A stretch of DNA of 64,000 nt. Source: Pseudomonadota bacterium (GTDB lineage Bacteria > Pseudomonadota > Gammaproteobacteria > Acidiferrobacterales > Acidiferrobacteraceae). A program made the position numbers and the translations under genes. The notes beneath the pieces were generated by a model that worked only from the letters and a program-made list of their open reading frames with translations, was not told where the DNA came from and searched no databases. Position 1 is the first letter of the stretch. Every line of letters begins with the position of its first letter. Of this stretch, positions 31,799-41,103 are shown piece by piece. The stretch is from assembly GCA_021784845.1 (NCBI GenBank), contig JAJYHH010000076.1, positions 13,374-77,373 of the forward strand, written 5' to 3'.

Positions 31799-32658
31799 CG
31801 CACAAGATCGCGATTGTCGGTGTCGGGCTCATGGGCGGATCGCTGGCGGCCGCCTTGCGGGCGGGTGGTTTCGCGAGCGAAATCGTCGGTATAGACACCA
31901 ATGCCGAATCGCTGGCCTTCGCCTGCAAAAGGGGGCTCATCGATCGGGCTGCGGCCTTTCCGGCGGTGAGCGAGGCCGACATCATCGTTCTGGCGACGCC
32001 GGTTGGTGTGTTGCCGGCGCTTTTGCGCGACATCACCGCGCTGACCCCGGCCCGGACGGTAATTACGGACATGGGCAGTGTGAAGGCGCCGGTCACGGCG
32101 GCGGCCGAGGCGCTCGGGTTGCGCTCGTTCGTTCCGGCCCACCCCATTGCAGGTGCCGAGCATGCGGGTCCCGAAGGCGCGGACGCGGCGTTGTTTCAGG
32201 GCCGCGCCGTGATCCTGACGCCGACGGCCGATCAGGATCCCGATGCCCTGGCTCTGGTGGAAGCCCTGTGGCGCAGCACGGGCGCGCGCCTGGTCCACAG
32301 CGATGCGCGGCGACACGATGAGCTGGTCGCCTATACGAGTCACCTGCCGCACGTGCTGGCGTTTGCGTGCGCCGAATTGCTCGACGAGCAGGGGCGAGTG
32401 CCCGAGTGGATGCCGTTTGCCGGCAGTGGATTGCGCGATTTCTTGCGAATTGCGGGCAGCGACCCCGTGATGTGGCGTGACATCTGCCAGGCCAACCGGC
32501 AGGCGCTTGCGTGCGCCCTGCAGGGGTACAGCAGGCTTTTGGGCATCTATGGGGAGGCCATCGCAGCAGGCGATGAGGAAGGATTGCGCGCTCATTTTAC
32601 GCGTGCGCGCCAGTTGCGCCGGCAACTGAATGGCGAGGAGATTCATGGCGACAATTGA
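31795..32658 (+). CDS. tyrA: Prephenate/arogenate (cyclohexadienyl) dehydrogenase
   Basis: MTHKIAIVGVGLMGGSLAAAL Rossmann start and the HPIAGAEHAGP catalytic region. The ATG overlaps the hisC stop (ATGA). Confidence 0.88.
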   Translation: MTHKIAIVGVGLMGGSLAAALRAGGFASEIVGIDTNAESLAFACKRGLIDRAAAFPAVSEADIIVLATPVGVLPALLRDITALTPARTVITDMGSVKAPVTAAAEALGLRSFVPAHPIAGAEHAGPEGADAALFQGRAVILTPTADQDPDALALVEALWRSTGARLVHSDARRHDELVAYTSHLPHVLAFACAELLDEQGRVPEWMPFAGSGLRDFLRIAGSDPVMWRDICQANRQALACALQGYSRLLGIYGEAIAAGDEEGLRAHFTRARQLRRQLNGEEIHGDN

Positions 32659-33961
32659 CTACGACGTGACACCCGGAGGGGCGCTGCAGGGGTCATTGCG
32701 CGTGCCCGGCGACAAATCCATTTCCCACCGCTCGGTGATCCTGTCGGCGCTGGCGCAGGGGGAAAGCCGTATTTCAGGGCTCCTCGAGGGGGAGGACGTG
32801 CTGGGTACCGTGGCAGCCTTCCGCGCCCTCGGTGTGGCCATCGACGGTCCCGACAAGGGGCATCTGCGTGTCCAAGGCGTGGGGCTGCACGGTCTGCAGG
32901 CGCCCCGGGCGCCGCTGGATTTCGGCAATTCAGGGACGGCCATGAGGTTGATGGCGGGGCTCTTGTGTGCGCAGCCGTTTTCTTCAGAACTCATCGGTGA
33001 CCAATCCCTGATGAGCCGGCCGATGGCGCGCGTGGCCCTGCCGCTGCAACGCATGGGTGCGCAGATCGATACCGCAGGTGGCGGGCGGCCGCCCCTTGCC
33101 ATTCGCGGCGGCGCCCGTCTGACCGGGATTCGCTATGAAATGCCGGTGGCGAGCGCGCAGGTGAAGTCGGCCATCCTGCTGGCGGGCCTTTATGCGCAAG
33201 GGGAGACCACGGTCGTCGAGCCCGCGCCGAGCCGGGATCACACCGAGCGTATGCTGGCGGGTTTTGGCTACCCCGTCGAGCGCATGGGCCGTGCGGTGAC
33301 TGTCCGCGGTGGTGCCGGTCCGCTTCGGGCCGGGACGCTCGAGGTTCCCGCGGATCTGTCATCGGCGGCTTTCTTTCTTGTGGCCGGCAGCATCGTGCCC
33401 GGCTCACGTCTTGTGTTGGCGCGTGTGGGCATCAACCCCACCCGCACCGGCGTGATCGACATCCTGCGGGCGATGGGTGCGCGTATCGACGTGCAGCGGG
33501 AAACCATCGTCAACGGTGAACCCGTGGCCGATTTGCTCGTGGAAGCCAGCACGCTGCGCGGTGTCGCCGTGGATCCGGCCCTGGTGCCGCTTGCCATCGA
33601 CGAGTTCCCGATTTTGTTTGTGGCCGCAGCCTGTGCCGAGGGCACGACCGTCGTGCGGGGTGCCCGGGAGTTGCGGGTCAAGGAAAGCGACCGGCTGGCC
33701 GTCATGGCTCAGGGTCTGACGGCGTTGGGCATCCGCGTCGAGGAATTCGAAGACGGCCTGGCCATCACGGGTGGCCCGCTGCGCGGCGGCGTGGTCGATA
33801 GTGGCGGCGATCATCGTATCGCCATGGCCTTTGCCGTGGCTGCCCACCGCGCACAGGGCCCCGTGCGGGTGCGTGACTGCCGCAATGTCGCCACGTCGTT
33901 CCCGGGCTTTGATGGTTTGGCGCGGGCGGTCGGCATGCACATCCGCGTGTCCGGATCATGA
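32645..33961 (+). CDS. aroA: 3-phosphoshikimate 1-carboxyvinyltransferase (EPSP synthase)
   Basis: LRVPGDKSISHRS, NSGTAMRL and DHRIAMAF motifs. It overlaps the tyrA end by 14 nt in another frame. Confidence 0.95.
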   Translation: MATIDYDVTPGGALQGSLRVPGDKSISHRSVILSALAQGESRISGLLEGEDVLGTVAAFRALGVAIDGPDKGHLRVQGVGLHGLQAPRAPLDFGNSGTAMRLMAGLLCAQPFSSELIGDQSLMSRPMARVALPLQRMGAQIDTAGGGRPPLAIRGGARLTGIRYEMPVASAQVKSAILLAGLYAQGETTVVEPAPSRDHTERMLAGFGYPVERMGRAVTVRGGAGPLRAGTLEVPADLSSAAFFLVAGSIVPGSRLVLARVGINPTRTGVIDILRAMGARIDVQRETIVNGEPVADLLVEASTLRGVAVDPALVPLAIDEFPILFVAAACAEGTTVVRGARELRVKESDRLAVMAQGLTALGIRVEEFEDGLAITGGPLRGGVVDSGGDHRIAMAFAVAAHRAQGPVRVRDCRNVATSFPGFDGLARAVGMHIRVSGS

Positions 33962-34644
33962 TACCTGTCGTGGCCATCGATGGGCCCTCCGGATCCGGAA
34001 AGGGGGCTGTTGGCTTTGCCGTGGCGCGCCGGCTCGGCTGGCACTACCTGGACAGTGGTGCCGTATACCGGGCGCTCGGGTTCGCGGCCTTGCGTGCGGG
34101 CATCGATCCCGACAGTGAGGGGGCGGTGGCGGAGCTGGCAAAAACCTTGAATCTTCAATTCGTTGAGGATCTTTCCGGGGGAATGCGTGTCTTAGTGAAC
34201 AAGGAAGATTGCGGGCTTGCTTTGCGATCGGAGCAGGTGGCGGCTGCCGCCTCGCGGGTCGCTGCGCACCCTGCGGCGCGGGCCGCCCTGCTTGAGCGGC
34301 AGCGGGCCGCACGGTGTGCTCCCGGTCTGATTGCCGATGGCCGCGATATGGGTACGGTGGTGTTTCCCGATGCGGCGCTCAAGATCTTCCTTACGGCCAG
34401 TGCCGAGGTGCGGGCCGCTCGTCGATACCGTCAGTTGAAGGAAACGGGGTTCGGTGGTACGCTTCCGCAGCTTTTAGCAGAGATCCAGGAGCGGGACGAA
34501 CGCGATTCCCGGCGTGCCGTGGCACCGCTGAAAGCGGCCGGTGATGCCGTTGTGCTCGATTCATCGACGCTTACCCTGACCGAGGTGATTGAACAGGTGC
34601 TGGCGCTGGTACACAGCCGCGTTGGCGTCGTTCCATCAGTATAA
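33958..34644 (+). CDS. cmk: Cytidylate kinase
   Basis: [16 protein letters not shown]-loop and LDSGAVYRA. The ATG overlaps the aroA stop (ATGA). Confidence 0.95.
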   Translation: MIPVVAIDGPSGSGKGAVGFAVARRLGWHYLDSGAVYRALGFAALRAGIDPDSEGAVAELAKTLNLQFVEDLSGGMRVLVNKEDCGLALRSEQVAAAASRVAAHPAARAALLERQRAARCAPGLIADGRDMGTVVFPDAALKIFLTASAEVRAARRYRQLKETGFGGTLPQLLAEIQERDERDSRRAVAPLKAAGDAVVLDSSTLTLTEVIEQVLALVHSRVGVVPSV

Positions 34645-34724
34645 GCCGCAATCCCGCGGCCTTAACTGCCCTTAACCGGGCCTTAACCAAGTGCCGCCCT
34701 TTCGGGGCCTTAACAGAGAGATAC
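34645..34724 (+). promoter_or_regulatory. rpsA leader with four copies of CCTTAAC interleaved with short GC hairpins
   Basis: CCTTAAC occurs at 34660, 34670, 34681 and 34708. Hairpins are GCCGC-aatccc-GCGGC, GCCC-ttaacc-GGGC and GCCC-tttcg-GGGC. Only a weak purine stretch AGAGAGA precedes the ATG. Confidence 0.4.
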
Positions 34725-36398
34725 ATGAGCGAAAGCTTTGCCGAATTATTTGAAAAAAGCATGCAGTCCTGCCAGATGCGGCCGGGCAGCCTCATCGTGG
34801 GTGAAGTCATGCATGTCGATGACGAGGTGGTCATCGTCAACGCCGGACTGAAGTCGGAGGGCGTTATTCCAGCCGAGCAGTTCCGTAACAATAACGGCGA
34901 GATCGCGGTTAAGGTTGGCGAGCGGGTCGAAGTGGTCGTGGAGTACATGGAAGACGGTTTTGGCCAGACGCGCCTGTCGCGCGAGAAGGCCTGCCGTGTG
35001 AAGGCCTGGGATATTCTTGAGGAGGCCTTCGAGAAGCAGACGGTGGTGACCGGCATCATGACCGGCAAGGTCAAGGGTGGTTTCACCATCGCCATCGATT
35101 CGATCCGGGCCTTTCTGCCGGGCTCACTCGTGGACGTGCGGCCGGTCCGCGATCCTTCCTATCTCGAAGGCAAGGAGCTGGAATTCAAGGTCATCAAGCT
35201 CGACCGCAAGCGCAACAACGTGGTGGTATCGCGTCGGGCGGTGGTCGAGAACGAGATATCGGCGGAGCGCGACCAGTTGCTTGCCAATCTCGAGGAAGGC
35301 CAGATCGTCAAGGGCGTGGTCAAGAATCTGACCGATTACGGTGCATTCGTCGATCTGGGTGGCGTAGATGGGCTTTTGCATATCACCGACCTGGCCTGGA
35401 AACGGGTCAAGCACCCCTCGGAGATGCTCAACATCGGTGACGAGGTGGAAGCCAAGGTCCTGCGGTTTGATCGCGAGCGCAATCGCGTATCGCTGGGTCT
35501 GAAGCAGCTGGGCGATGATCCGTGGGTCGATCTGGCCCGGCGTTATCCGGTCGGTACGCGGATTTTTGGCAAGGTGACGAATATCACGGACTACGGCGCC
35601 TTCGTGGAGATCGAAGAAGGTGTCGAAGGACTGGTTCATGTGTCCGAGATGGACTGGACCAACAAGAACGTGCACCCGACAAAGGTCGTGCAACTTGGCG
35701 ACGAAGTCGAGGCCATGATCCTGGATATCGACGAGGAACGCCGGCGCATTTCGCTGGGCCTGAAGCAATGCCAGCCGAATCCTTGGGAAGAGTTTGCGAC
35801 ATCGCACAACAAGGGCGACATGGTCCGTGGTCAGATCAAGTCGATCACCGATTTCGGTGTGTTCGTGGGGCTTGAGGGCGGGATCGACGGTCTTATCCAT
35901 CTGACTGATCTGTCATGGTCGCGCGCGGGTGAAGAAGCCGTACGGGATTTCAAGAAGGGCGACGAGATCGAGGCAGTGGTGCTTGCAGTCGACCCAGAAC
36001 GTGAGCGCATCTCGCTTGGTATCAAGCAGATGGAAGGCGACCCGTTCAGCAATTTCGTGGCCGAGCACGGCAAGGGCGCAGTGGTCGCCGGCGTGGTGAC
36101 GGCAGTAGACGCCAAGGGTGCGACAATCAAGCTTGGTGACGATATCGAGGGATATATCCGCGCGGCGGAAGCCTCTCGCGATCGCGTCGAGGATGCCCGT
36201 GCCCTGTTCAAGGAAGGTGATCAGGTCGAGGCAAAGATTACGACCATCGACCGAAAGAACCGCAAGATCAGCCTGTCGGTGCGCGCGAAGGAGATGGAGC
36301 GCGAGAACGAGGCGGTGCAGGAATACACCCGCAAGGCGCCGATGGCAACATCGTCGCTTGGTGACAAGCTGAAGGAAAAGCTGATCAACAAAGAATAA
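34725..36398 (+). CDS. rpsA: 30S ribosomal protein S1
   Basis: 557 aa with six S1 repeats ([30 protein letters not shown]). Confidence 0.97.
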   Translation: MSESFAELFEKSMQSCQMRPGSLIVGEVMHVDDEVVIVNAGLKSEGVIPAEQFRNNNGEIAVKVGERVEVVVEYMEDGFGQTRLSREKACRVKAWDILEEAFEKQTVVTGIMTGKVKGGFTIAIDSIRAFLPGSLVDVRPVRDPSYLEGKELEFKVIKLDRKRNNVVVSRRAVVENEISAERDQLLANLEEGQIVKGVVKNLTDYGAFVDLGGVDGLLHITDLAWKRVKHPSEMLNIGDEVEAKVLRFDRERNRVSLGLKQLGDDPWVDLARRYPVGTRIFGKVTNITDYGAFVEIEEGVEGLVHVSEMDWTNKNVHPTKVVQLGDEVEAMILDIDEERRRISLGLKQCQPNPWEEFATSHNKGDMVRGQIKSITDFGVFVGLEGGIDGLIHLTDLSWSRAGEEAVRDFKKGDEIEAVVLAVDPERERISLGIKQMEGDPFSNFVAEHGKGAVVAGVVTAVDAKGATIKLGDDIEGYIRAAEASRDRVEDARALFKEGDQVEAKITTIDRKNRKISLSVRAKEMERENEAVQEYTRKAPMATSSLGDKLKEKLINKE

Positions 36399-36421
36399 GG
36401 GCGGAGGAATCGTCTGCAGTC

Positions 36422-36700
36422 ATGACGAAATCGGAACTCATTTTCTCATTGGCCGAAAGACAGCCGCAGCTCGATCAGCGGGATGTCGAATTGGCGGTCA
36501 AGGGGTTGCTGGAACGGATGTCGGCGGCACTGGAAGCAGGTGAGCGGATCGAAGTGCGCGGTTTCGGGAGCTTTTCGTTACATGAGCGCCCCTCGCGGCT
36601 CGGGCGGAACCCCAAGACCGGAACAAGTGTGCATGTTCCGGATCGGCGGGTGCCTCATTTCAAGCCCGGCAAGGAGCTGCGGGAGCGGGTTGATCTCTAG
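36422..36700 (+). CDS. ihfB: Integration host factor subunit beta
   Basis: MTKSELI...[46 protein letters not shown]. Confidence 0.95.
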   Translation: MTKSELIFSLAERQPQLDQRDVELAVKGLLERMSAALEAGERIEVRGFGSFSLHERPSRLGRNPKTGTSVHVPDRRVPHFKPGKELRERVDL

Positions 36701-36723
36701 CGGCTCGTGATGGATGGTCAAAG

Positions 36724-36756
36724 AAACGGCATGGGGCAGCCCGTGCCGTTTTTTTT
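36724..36756 (+). terminator. Intrinsic terminator after ihfB
   Basis: AAACGGCATGGG-gcag-CCCGTGCCGTTT (12-bp stem) continues into a T8 run. Confidence 0.8.
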
Positions 36757-36774
36757 GGATGCGAGGTCGGACCA

Positions 36775-37071
36775 ATGAAACGGTTTGTATATGGCATCGG
36801 AACAATCGTCGTCGTGGTGCTCGGGCTTGGTTTCGCATACCGGAACGCGGCGCCGGTCGCCGTGCGTTACTACGGGGGCCTTCAATGGAGCGCGCCGCTT
36901 GCGTTGATTCTGCTCACGGCCTTCACGATCGGTGTGGCGCTCGGTTTTCTGAGCGCGTTCATGCGTCTGGTGGGCTTGCGCCGCCAGCTTTTGCAGACCC
37001 GTAAACGGATTCGCCAGCTCGAACAGGAAGTGGCGAATCTGCGCGCCCTGCCCATCAAAGATGTTCTTTAG
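36775..37071 (+). CDS. lapA: Lipopolysaccharide assembly protein LapA
   Basis: 98 aa with two TM helices and a C-terminal coiled segment (RKRIRQLEQEVANLR). It sits in the conserved position before lapB. Confidence 0.8.
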   Translation: MKRFVYGIGTIVVVVLGLGFAYRNAAPVAVRYYGGLQWSAPLALILLTAFTIGVALGFLSAFMRLVGLRRQLLQTRKRIRQLEQEVANLRALPIKDVL

Positions 37072-38233
37072 CGTCTCCACGCTTCTGTGGCTTCTGTTGC
37101 CGCTCGCGGCGGGCTCCGGATGGGGTGCGGGGCGGCTCGAGCAGCGCCGGCAATCGGCGCGCAAGGATCTGCCGTCAGCCTACTTCAAGGGGCTGAATTA
37201 CCTTCTGAACGAGCAGGCCGACAAGGCCATAGAAATCTTTATCAAGGTGCTCGAGGTCAATAGCGAGACGGTGGAAACCCATCTGGCCCTTGGCAGCCTG
37301 TTCCGGCGGCGTGGCGAGGTGGAGCGGGCCATCCGCGTGCACCAGAACATCATTGCCCGTCCCGCGCTCGAGAAGGCGCAGCGCGCCCGCGCGCTGCTCG
37401 AGCTGGGTCAGGACTACCTGAAGGCCGGACTGTTCGACCGGGCGGAGAATCTTTTCCTGGAGCTCGCCGAGATCCGGGCCCATACGGACCAGGCGCTGCG
37501 CCTGTTGATGAACATCTATCAGCAGGAACGGGAATGGGAAAAGGCGATCACTGTGTGCCGGCGGCTTGGTCGCGTCATTAATACCAATCTGAATGATGTG
37601 ATCGCCCAGTATCACTGTGAGCTGGCCGAGGCGGCATACGGCCGCCAGGAATACGATGCGGCGCGCGAACAGGCCCGCCGGGCCCTGCAGAGCGATCGCG
37701 GATGCGTGCGGGCAAGCCTGGTGCTGGGCCGCATCGAAGCCAGTCTCGGAGCACACCGCGAAGCGATCAAGGCCTGGCACCGCATCGAGCTGCAGGATCC
37801 CCACTATCTGGGGGAAATCGCACCGCAGCTTGCGGCAAGTTACCGGGCCCTCGACGATGAAGCGGGACTTTTCCAGTTCCTGCAGGAGGCGCTGAACCGG
37901 CACGCCGATGTGGCCACGATGCTGGCCATGGCCGATGTCATCGAGCAGCGCCAGGGACTGGACGCCGCCGAGGCCTTCGTTGTGTCGTGGCTGCGCCGCA
38001 AGCCTTCGGTGCGTGGTCTCCACCGGCTGGTGGGTTTGCACGCCGCGCAGGGTTCGGGCCTGTCACCGAACGATCTGGCGATCCTGAAGGGCATCATGGA
38101 GCAGATTGTCGAGCACCGGCGCCACTATGTGTGTGGTCACTGTGGTTTCAGCGGGCGTACCATATACTGGCAGTGCCCCGGCTGCCACCGCTGGAATACA
38201 GTGAAACCGGCAGGAGATGACCGTGTCACATGA
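37061..38233 (+). CDS. lapB: Lipopolysaccharide assembly protein LapB (TPR plus rubredoxin-type zinc finger)
   Basis: 390 aa. It aligns with E. coli LapB ([10 protein letters not shown]..., [23 protein letters not shown]). C-terminal [21 protein letters not shown]. Confidence 0.92.
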   Translation: MFFSVSTLLWLLLPLAAGSGWGAGRLEQRRQSARKDLPSAYFKGLNYLLNEQADKAIEIFIKVLEVNSETVETHLALGSLFRRRGEVERAIRVHQNIIARPALEKAQRARALLELGQDYLKAGLFDRAENLFLELAEIRAHTDQALRLLMNIYQQEREWEKAITVCRRLGRVINTNLNDVIAQYHCELAEAAYGRQEYDAAREQARRALQSDRGCVRASLVLGRIEASLGAHREAIKAWHRIELQDPHYLGEIAPQLAASYRALDDEAGLFQFLQEALNRHADVATMLAMADVIEQRQGLDAAEAFVVSWLRRKPSVRGLHRLVGLHAAQGSGLSPNDLAILKGIMEQIVEHRRHYVCGHCGFSGRTIYWQCPGCHRWNTVKPAGDDRVT

Positions 38234-38915
38234 CCCCCGCATCATCGTCGCCCTCGACTGCGCCGAAAGCCGCGAAGCGCTCGCTCTGGCTGATCGGCTC
38301 GATCCCGGGGCCTGTCGCCTGAAGGTCGGACTCGAACTTTTTACGGTCGCCGGTCCTGCCATCGTGACCGCCTTGCGCGAGCGCGGCTTCGAGATCTTTC
38401 TGGACCTGAAGTACCACGACATCCCCAATACGGTGGCACGCGCGTGCGCACGCGCAGCCGATCTTGGCGTGTGGATGATGAACGTCCACGCACTTGGCGG
38501 ACCGCGCATGCTGGCGATGGCGCGCAAGGCCGTCTTGCCCCCCACGTTATTGGTTGGCGTGACCATTCTGACGAGTCATGACAGCGCGGAGCTTGCGGCC
38601 TTGGGTCTTGGCGACGCAGCCCATCGCGTTCAGTCCCTGGCGCACCTGTGTGCCGCCGAAGGGCTCGATGGTGTCGTGTGTTCGCCACAGGAGGCGGCGC
38701 TCTTGCGCGCCCAGCATGCGCGGCCCTTCCGGCTGGTTACTCCGGGGATCCGCCCGTCCGGCTCGCAGACCCACGATCAGCGTCGCGTCGCCACGGGACG
38801 CGAGGCGCTCGCGGCGGGCGCCGATTACCTCGTCATTGGCCGCCCCATCACGGCCGCCGCCCTGCCGCACGAGGCGCTCGCTGCGTGCCGTGCGGAGATT
38901 GGCGAGGCAGACTGA
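38217..38915 (+). CDS. pyrF: Orotidine-5'-phosphate decarboxylase
   Basis: IIVALD...LKVGLELF...[14 protein letters not shown] motifs. It overlaps the lapB end by 17 nt. Confidence 0.94.
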   Translation: MTVSHDPRIIVALDCAESREALALADRLDPGACRLKVGLELFTVAGPAIVTALRERGFEIFLDLKYHDIPNTVARACARAADLGVWMMNVHALGGPRMLAMARKAVLPPTLLVGVTILTSHDSAELAALGLGDAAHRVQSLAHLCAAEGLDGVVCSPQEAALLRAQHARPFRLVTPGIRPSGSQTHDQRRVATGREALAAGADYLVIGRPITAAALPHEALAACRAEIGEAD

Positions 38916-38952
38916 GGGTATCAGGCGCACCGGATGGTGCAAGGGAGAAGAC

Positions 38953-39924
38953 GTGCAGTCGAGATTGGGGGGCGTGCTGGAAAAAATGGCCGGCGCCCGC
39001 GTACTTGTTGTTGGTGACGTCATGCTGGATCGTTATTGGTATGGCGGCGTCGAGCGGATCTCACCGGAGGCTCCGGTGCCAGTGGTTGCCGTAAAGCGCA
39101 TGGAGGAAAGGCCCGGCGGAGCGGCCAACGTCGCCCGCAACATCGTGGGCATCGGCGCGCACTGTCTGCTTGCGGCGATCTGTGGCGACGACGCGGCGGC
39201 CGACAGCCTCGAATCGCTCTTGCGCGATGCCCGCGTCGAACAGCGGCTTATCCGGGATGCTCTGGTGAATACGACCGTCAAGTTGCGTGTGGTGTCGCGC
39301 AACCAGCAGCTGATTCGCGTCGATTTTGAAACAGAGGCGACCCCCGATGGATGCCGTGCCCTGCAGCGCGCCTACCGGGAGGCATTGCCGGAGGTCCGCG
39401 CCGTGATCATTTCGGATTACGGCAAGGGTGGCCTCGGCCGCATCCGCGAACTGGTGGAGGACGGCCGCAAGGCGGACCTTCCGGTCATCGTCGATCCGAA
39501 GGGGGATGACTACACACCCTATCGCGGCGCCACACTGATAACGCCCAATCGCAAGGAATTCGAGCAGGTCGCCGGCCGGTTCCGCGATGAGCAGGATCTC
39601 GAGAGGCGTGCGCGCGCCCTGATGGAAGATCTCGATCTGGGGGCGCTGCTTGTGACGCGCAGCGAAGAAGGCATGACGCTCTTTGAGCGTGACGCAGCCC
39701 GCACGCATGTGCCGGCCCAGGCGCACGAGGTTTATGATGTGACCGGCGCGGGGGACACGGTGATTGCGATGATCGGTGCGGCGCTCGCCGTAGGTGCCGA
39801 TCTGCTGGCGGCCATTGCCGTCGCCAATGCAGCCGCCGGCATCGTTGTGGGACATCTTGGTGCGGTGGCGGTGCCCTTGCCAGAGCTTCGCGCCGCCTTG
39901 CAGGGAACAGGGGGATCAGCATGA
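38953..39924 (+). CDS. hldA: D-glycero-beta-D-manno-heptose-7-phosphate kinase (kinase-only HldA, RfaE domain I)
   Basis: About 323 aa. [29 protein letters not shown] and [11 protein letters not shown] ribokinase-family motifs. There is no adenylyltransferase domain. The GTG at 38953 follows AAGGGAGAAG; the ATG at 38986 is an alternative. The longer ORF from 38578 overlaps pyrF and is rejected. Confidence 0.85.
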   Translation: MQSRLGGVLEKMAGARVLVVGDVMLDRYWYGGVERISPEAPVPVVAVKRMEERPGGAANVARNIVGIGAHCLLAAICGDDAAADSLESLLRDARVEQRLIRDALVNTTVKLRVVSRNQQLIRVDFETEATPDGCRALQRAYREALPEVRAVIISDYGKGGLGRIRELVEDGRKADLPVIVDPKGDDYTPYRGATLITPNRKEFEQVAGRFRDEQDLERRARALMEDLDLGALLVTRSEEGMTLFERDAARTHVPAQAHEVYDVTGAGDTVIAMIGAALAVGADLLAAIAVANAAAGIVVGHLGAVAVPLPELRAALQGTGGSA

Positions 39925-40907
39925 TCGTGGTAACCGGCGGAGCGGGTTTTATCGGCGCCAATATCGTCAAGGCGCTGAATGCGCGCGGGGAAACCGATGT
40001 TCTCGTGGTTGACAATCTCGAACGCGGCGACAAGTTCCGCAATCTGACCGATTGCGAAATCGCCGATTATCGCGACAAACGGGATTTTCTTACGGAACTG
40101 ATGGCCGGGCAGTATGATGGCCGCATCCGCGCGATCTTCCATGAAGGGGCGTGTTCGGACACCATGAACCATGACGGCCTCTACATGATGCGGAACAATT
40201 ACGACTACACGAAGACCCTGTTCGCCTTCTGTCAGCAGCAATCGGCGCAGCTCCTTTACGCGTCGTCTGCGTCGGTATACGGCGCAGGGCGGGTTTTCGA
40301 GGAGCGGCGGGAACTCGAGGCACCGCTGAATGTGTACGGGTATTCCAAATTCCTGTTCGATCAATACATCCGGCGCACGCCAACACGCGGTCAGGTCGTG
40401 GGGTTCCGTTACTTCAACGTCTACGGACCGCGGGAACAGCACAAGGGTCGCATGGCATCGGTGGCCTTTCATTTCTTCAATCAATACCGCGAGACCGGGC
40501 AAGTGCGGTTGTTTGAGGGCTGCGACGGATACGCCAATGGCGAGCAGCGGCGCGACTTCGTGTCCATCGAGGACGTCGTGAAGATCAATCTGCATTTTTT
40601 TGATCATCCGGAGCAAAGCGGCATCTTCAACGTGGGGACTGGTCGCGCGCAGAGTTTCAACGATGTGGCCACGGCCACGGTCAACGCACTGCGCGCCCAT
40701 GAGGGGCGGCCGCCCCTTTCCACCGCCGCCCTGCAGAAGGAAGGCGTCATCAGTTACGTACCGTTTCCTGCGGCGCTGGCCGGCAAGTACCAGAGTTTTA
40801 CCCAGGCGGACATATCGGGATTGCGCGGTGCGGGCTATACGGCGCCACTCTACACCGTCGAAGAAGGCGTGAGCCGCTATGTGGCGTGTCTTGCAAAGCA
40901 GAGTTAG
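39921..40907 (+). CDS. hldD: ADP-L-glycero-D-manno-heptose-6-epimerase
   Basis: [20 protein letters not shown]...[11 protein letters not shown] catalytic YxxxK. The ATG overlaps the hldA stop (ATGA). Confidence 0.94.
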   Translation: MIVVTGGAGFIGANIVKALNARGETDVLVVDNLERGDKFRNLTDCEIADYRDKRDFLTELMAGQYDGRIRAIFHEGACSDTMNHDGLYMMRNNYDYTKTLFAFCQQQSAQLLYASSASVYGAGRVFEERRELEAPLNVYGYSKFLFDQYIRRTPTRGQVVGFRYFNVYGPREQHKGRMASVAFHFFNQYRETGQVRLFEGCDGYANGEQRRDFVSIEDVVKINLHFFDHPEQSGIFNVGTGRAQSFNDVATATVNALRAHEGRPPLSTAALQKEGVISYVPFPAALAGKYQSFTQADISGLRGAGYTAPLYTVEEGVSRYVACLAKQS

Positions 40908-41103
40908 GGGTGCGGCCTTACCGGTCATCCTGTCCGGCGATTGCGGCGGCGCCTCGAGAGTGCCGGACTAATCGCGCGGGAGATGATCAGGGTCTGGCCG
41001 CATGCATCGGGTGTGAAGAAGACGGTGCAGGCCGGGCAGATCTCCACCCGCTCCGGCGGGCGCGGATCGGGTTGCGCGCTCGGGTGAGGCACGGGAGGAA
41101 GAG

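Noticed and set aside
38578-38952. N-terminal extension of the hldA ORF (similar extensions occur on nusA, serC, tyrA, aroA, galU, hpt, def, mfd, ispD, ispF, mtaD, the Wzt-like gene, ubiG and trxB)
   Set aside because: The extensions overlap the preceding gene in another frame and are Arg/Pro-rich with no homology. Family-typical N-termini begin at internal starts with better SD sequences.
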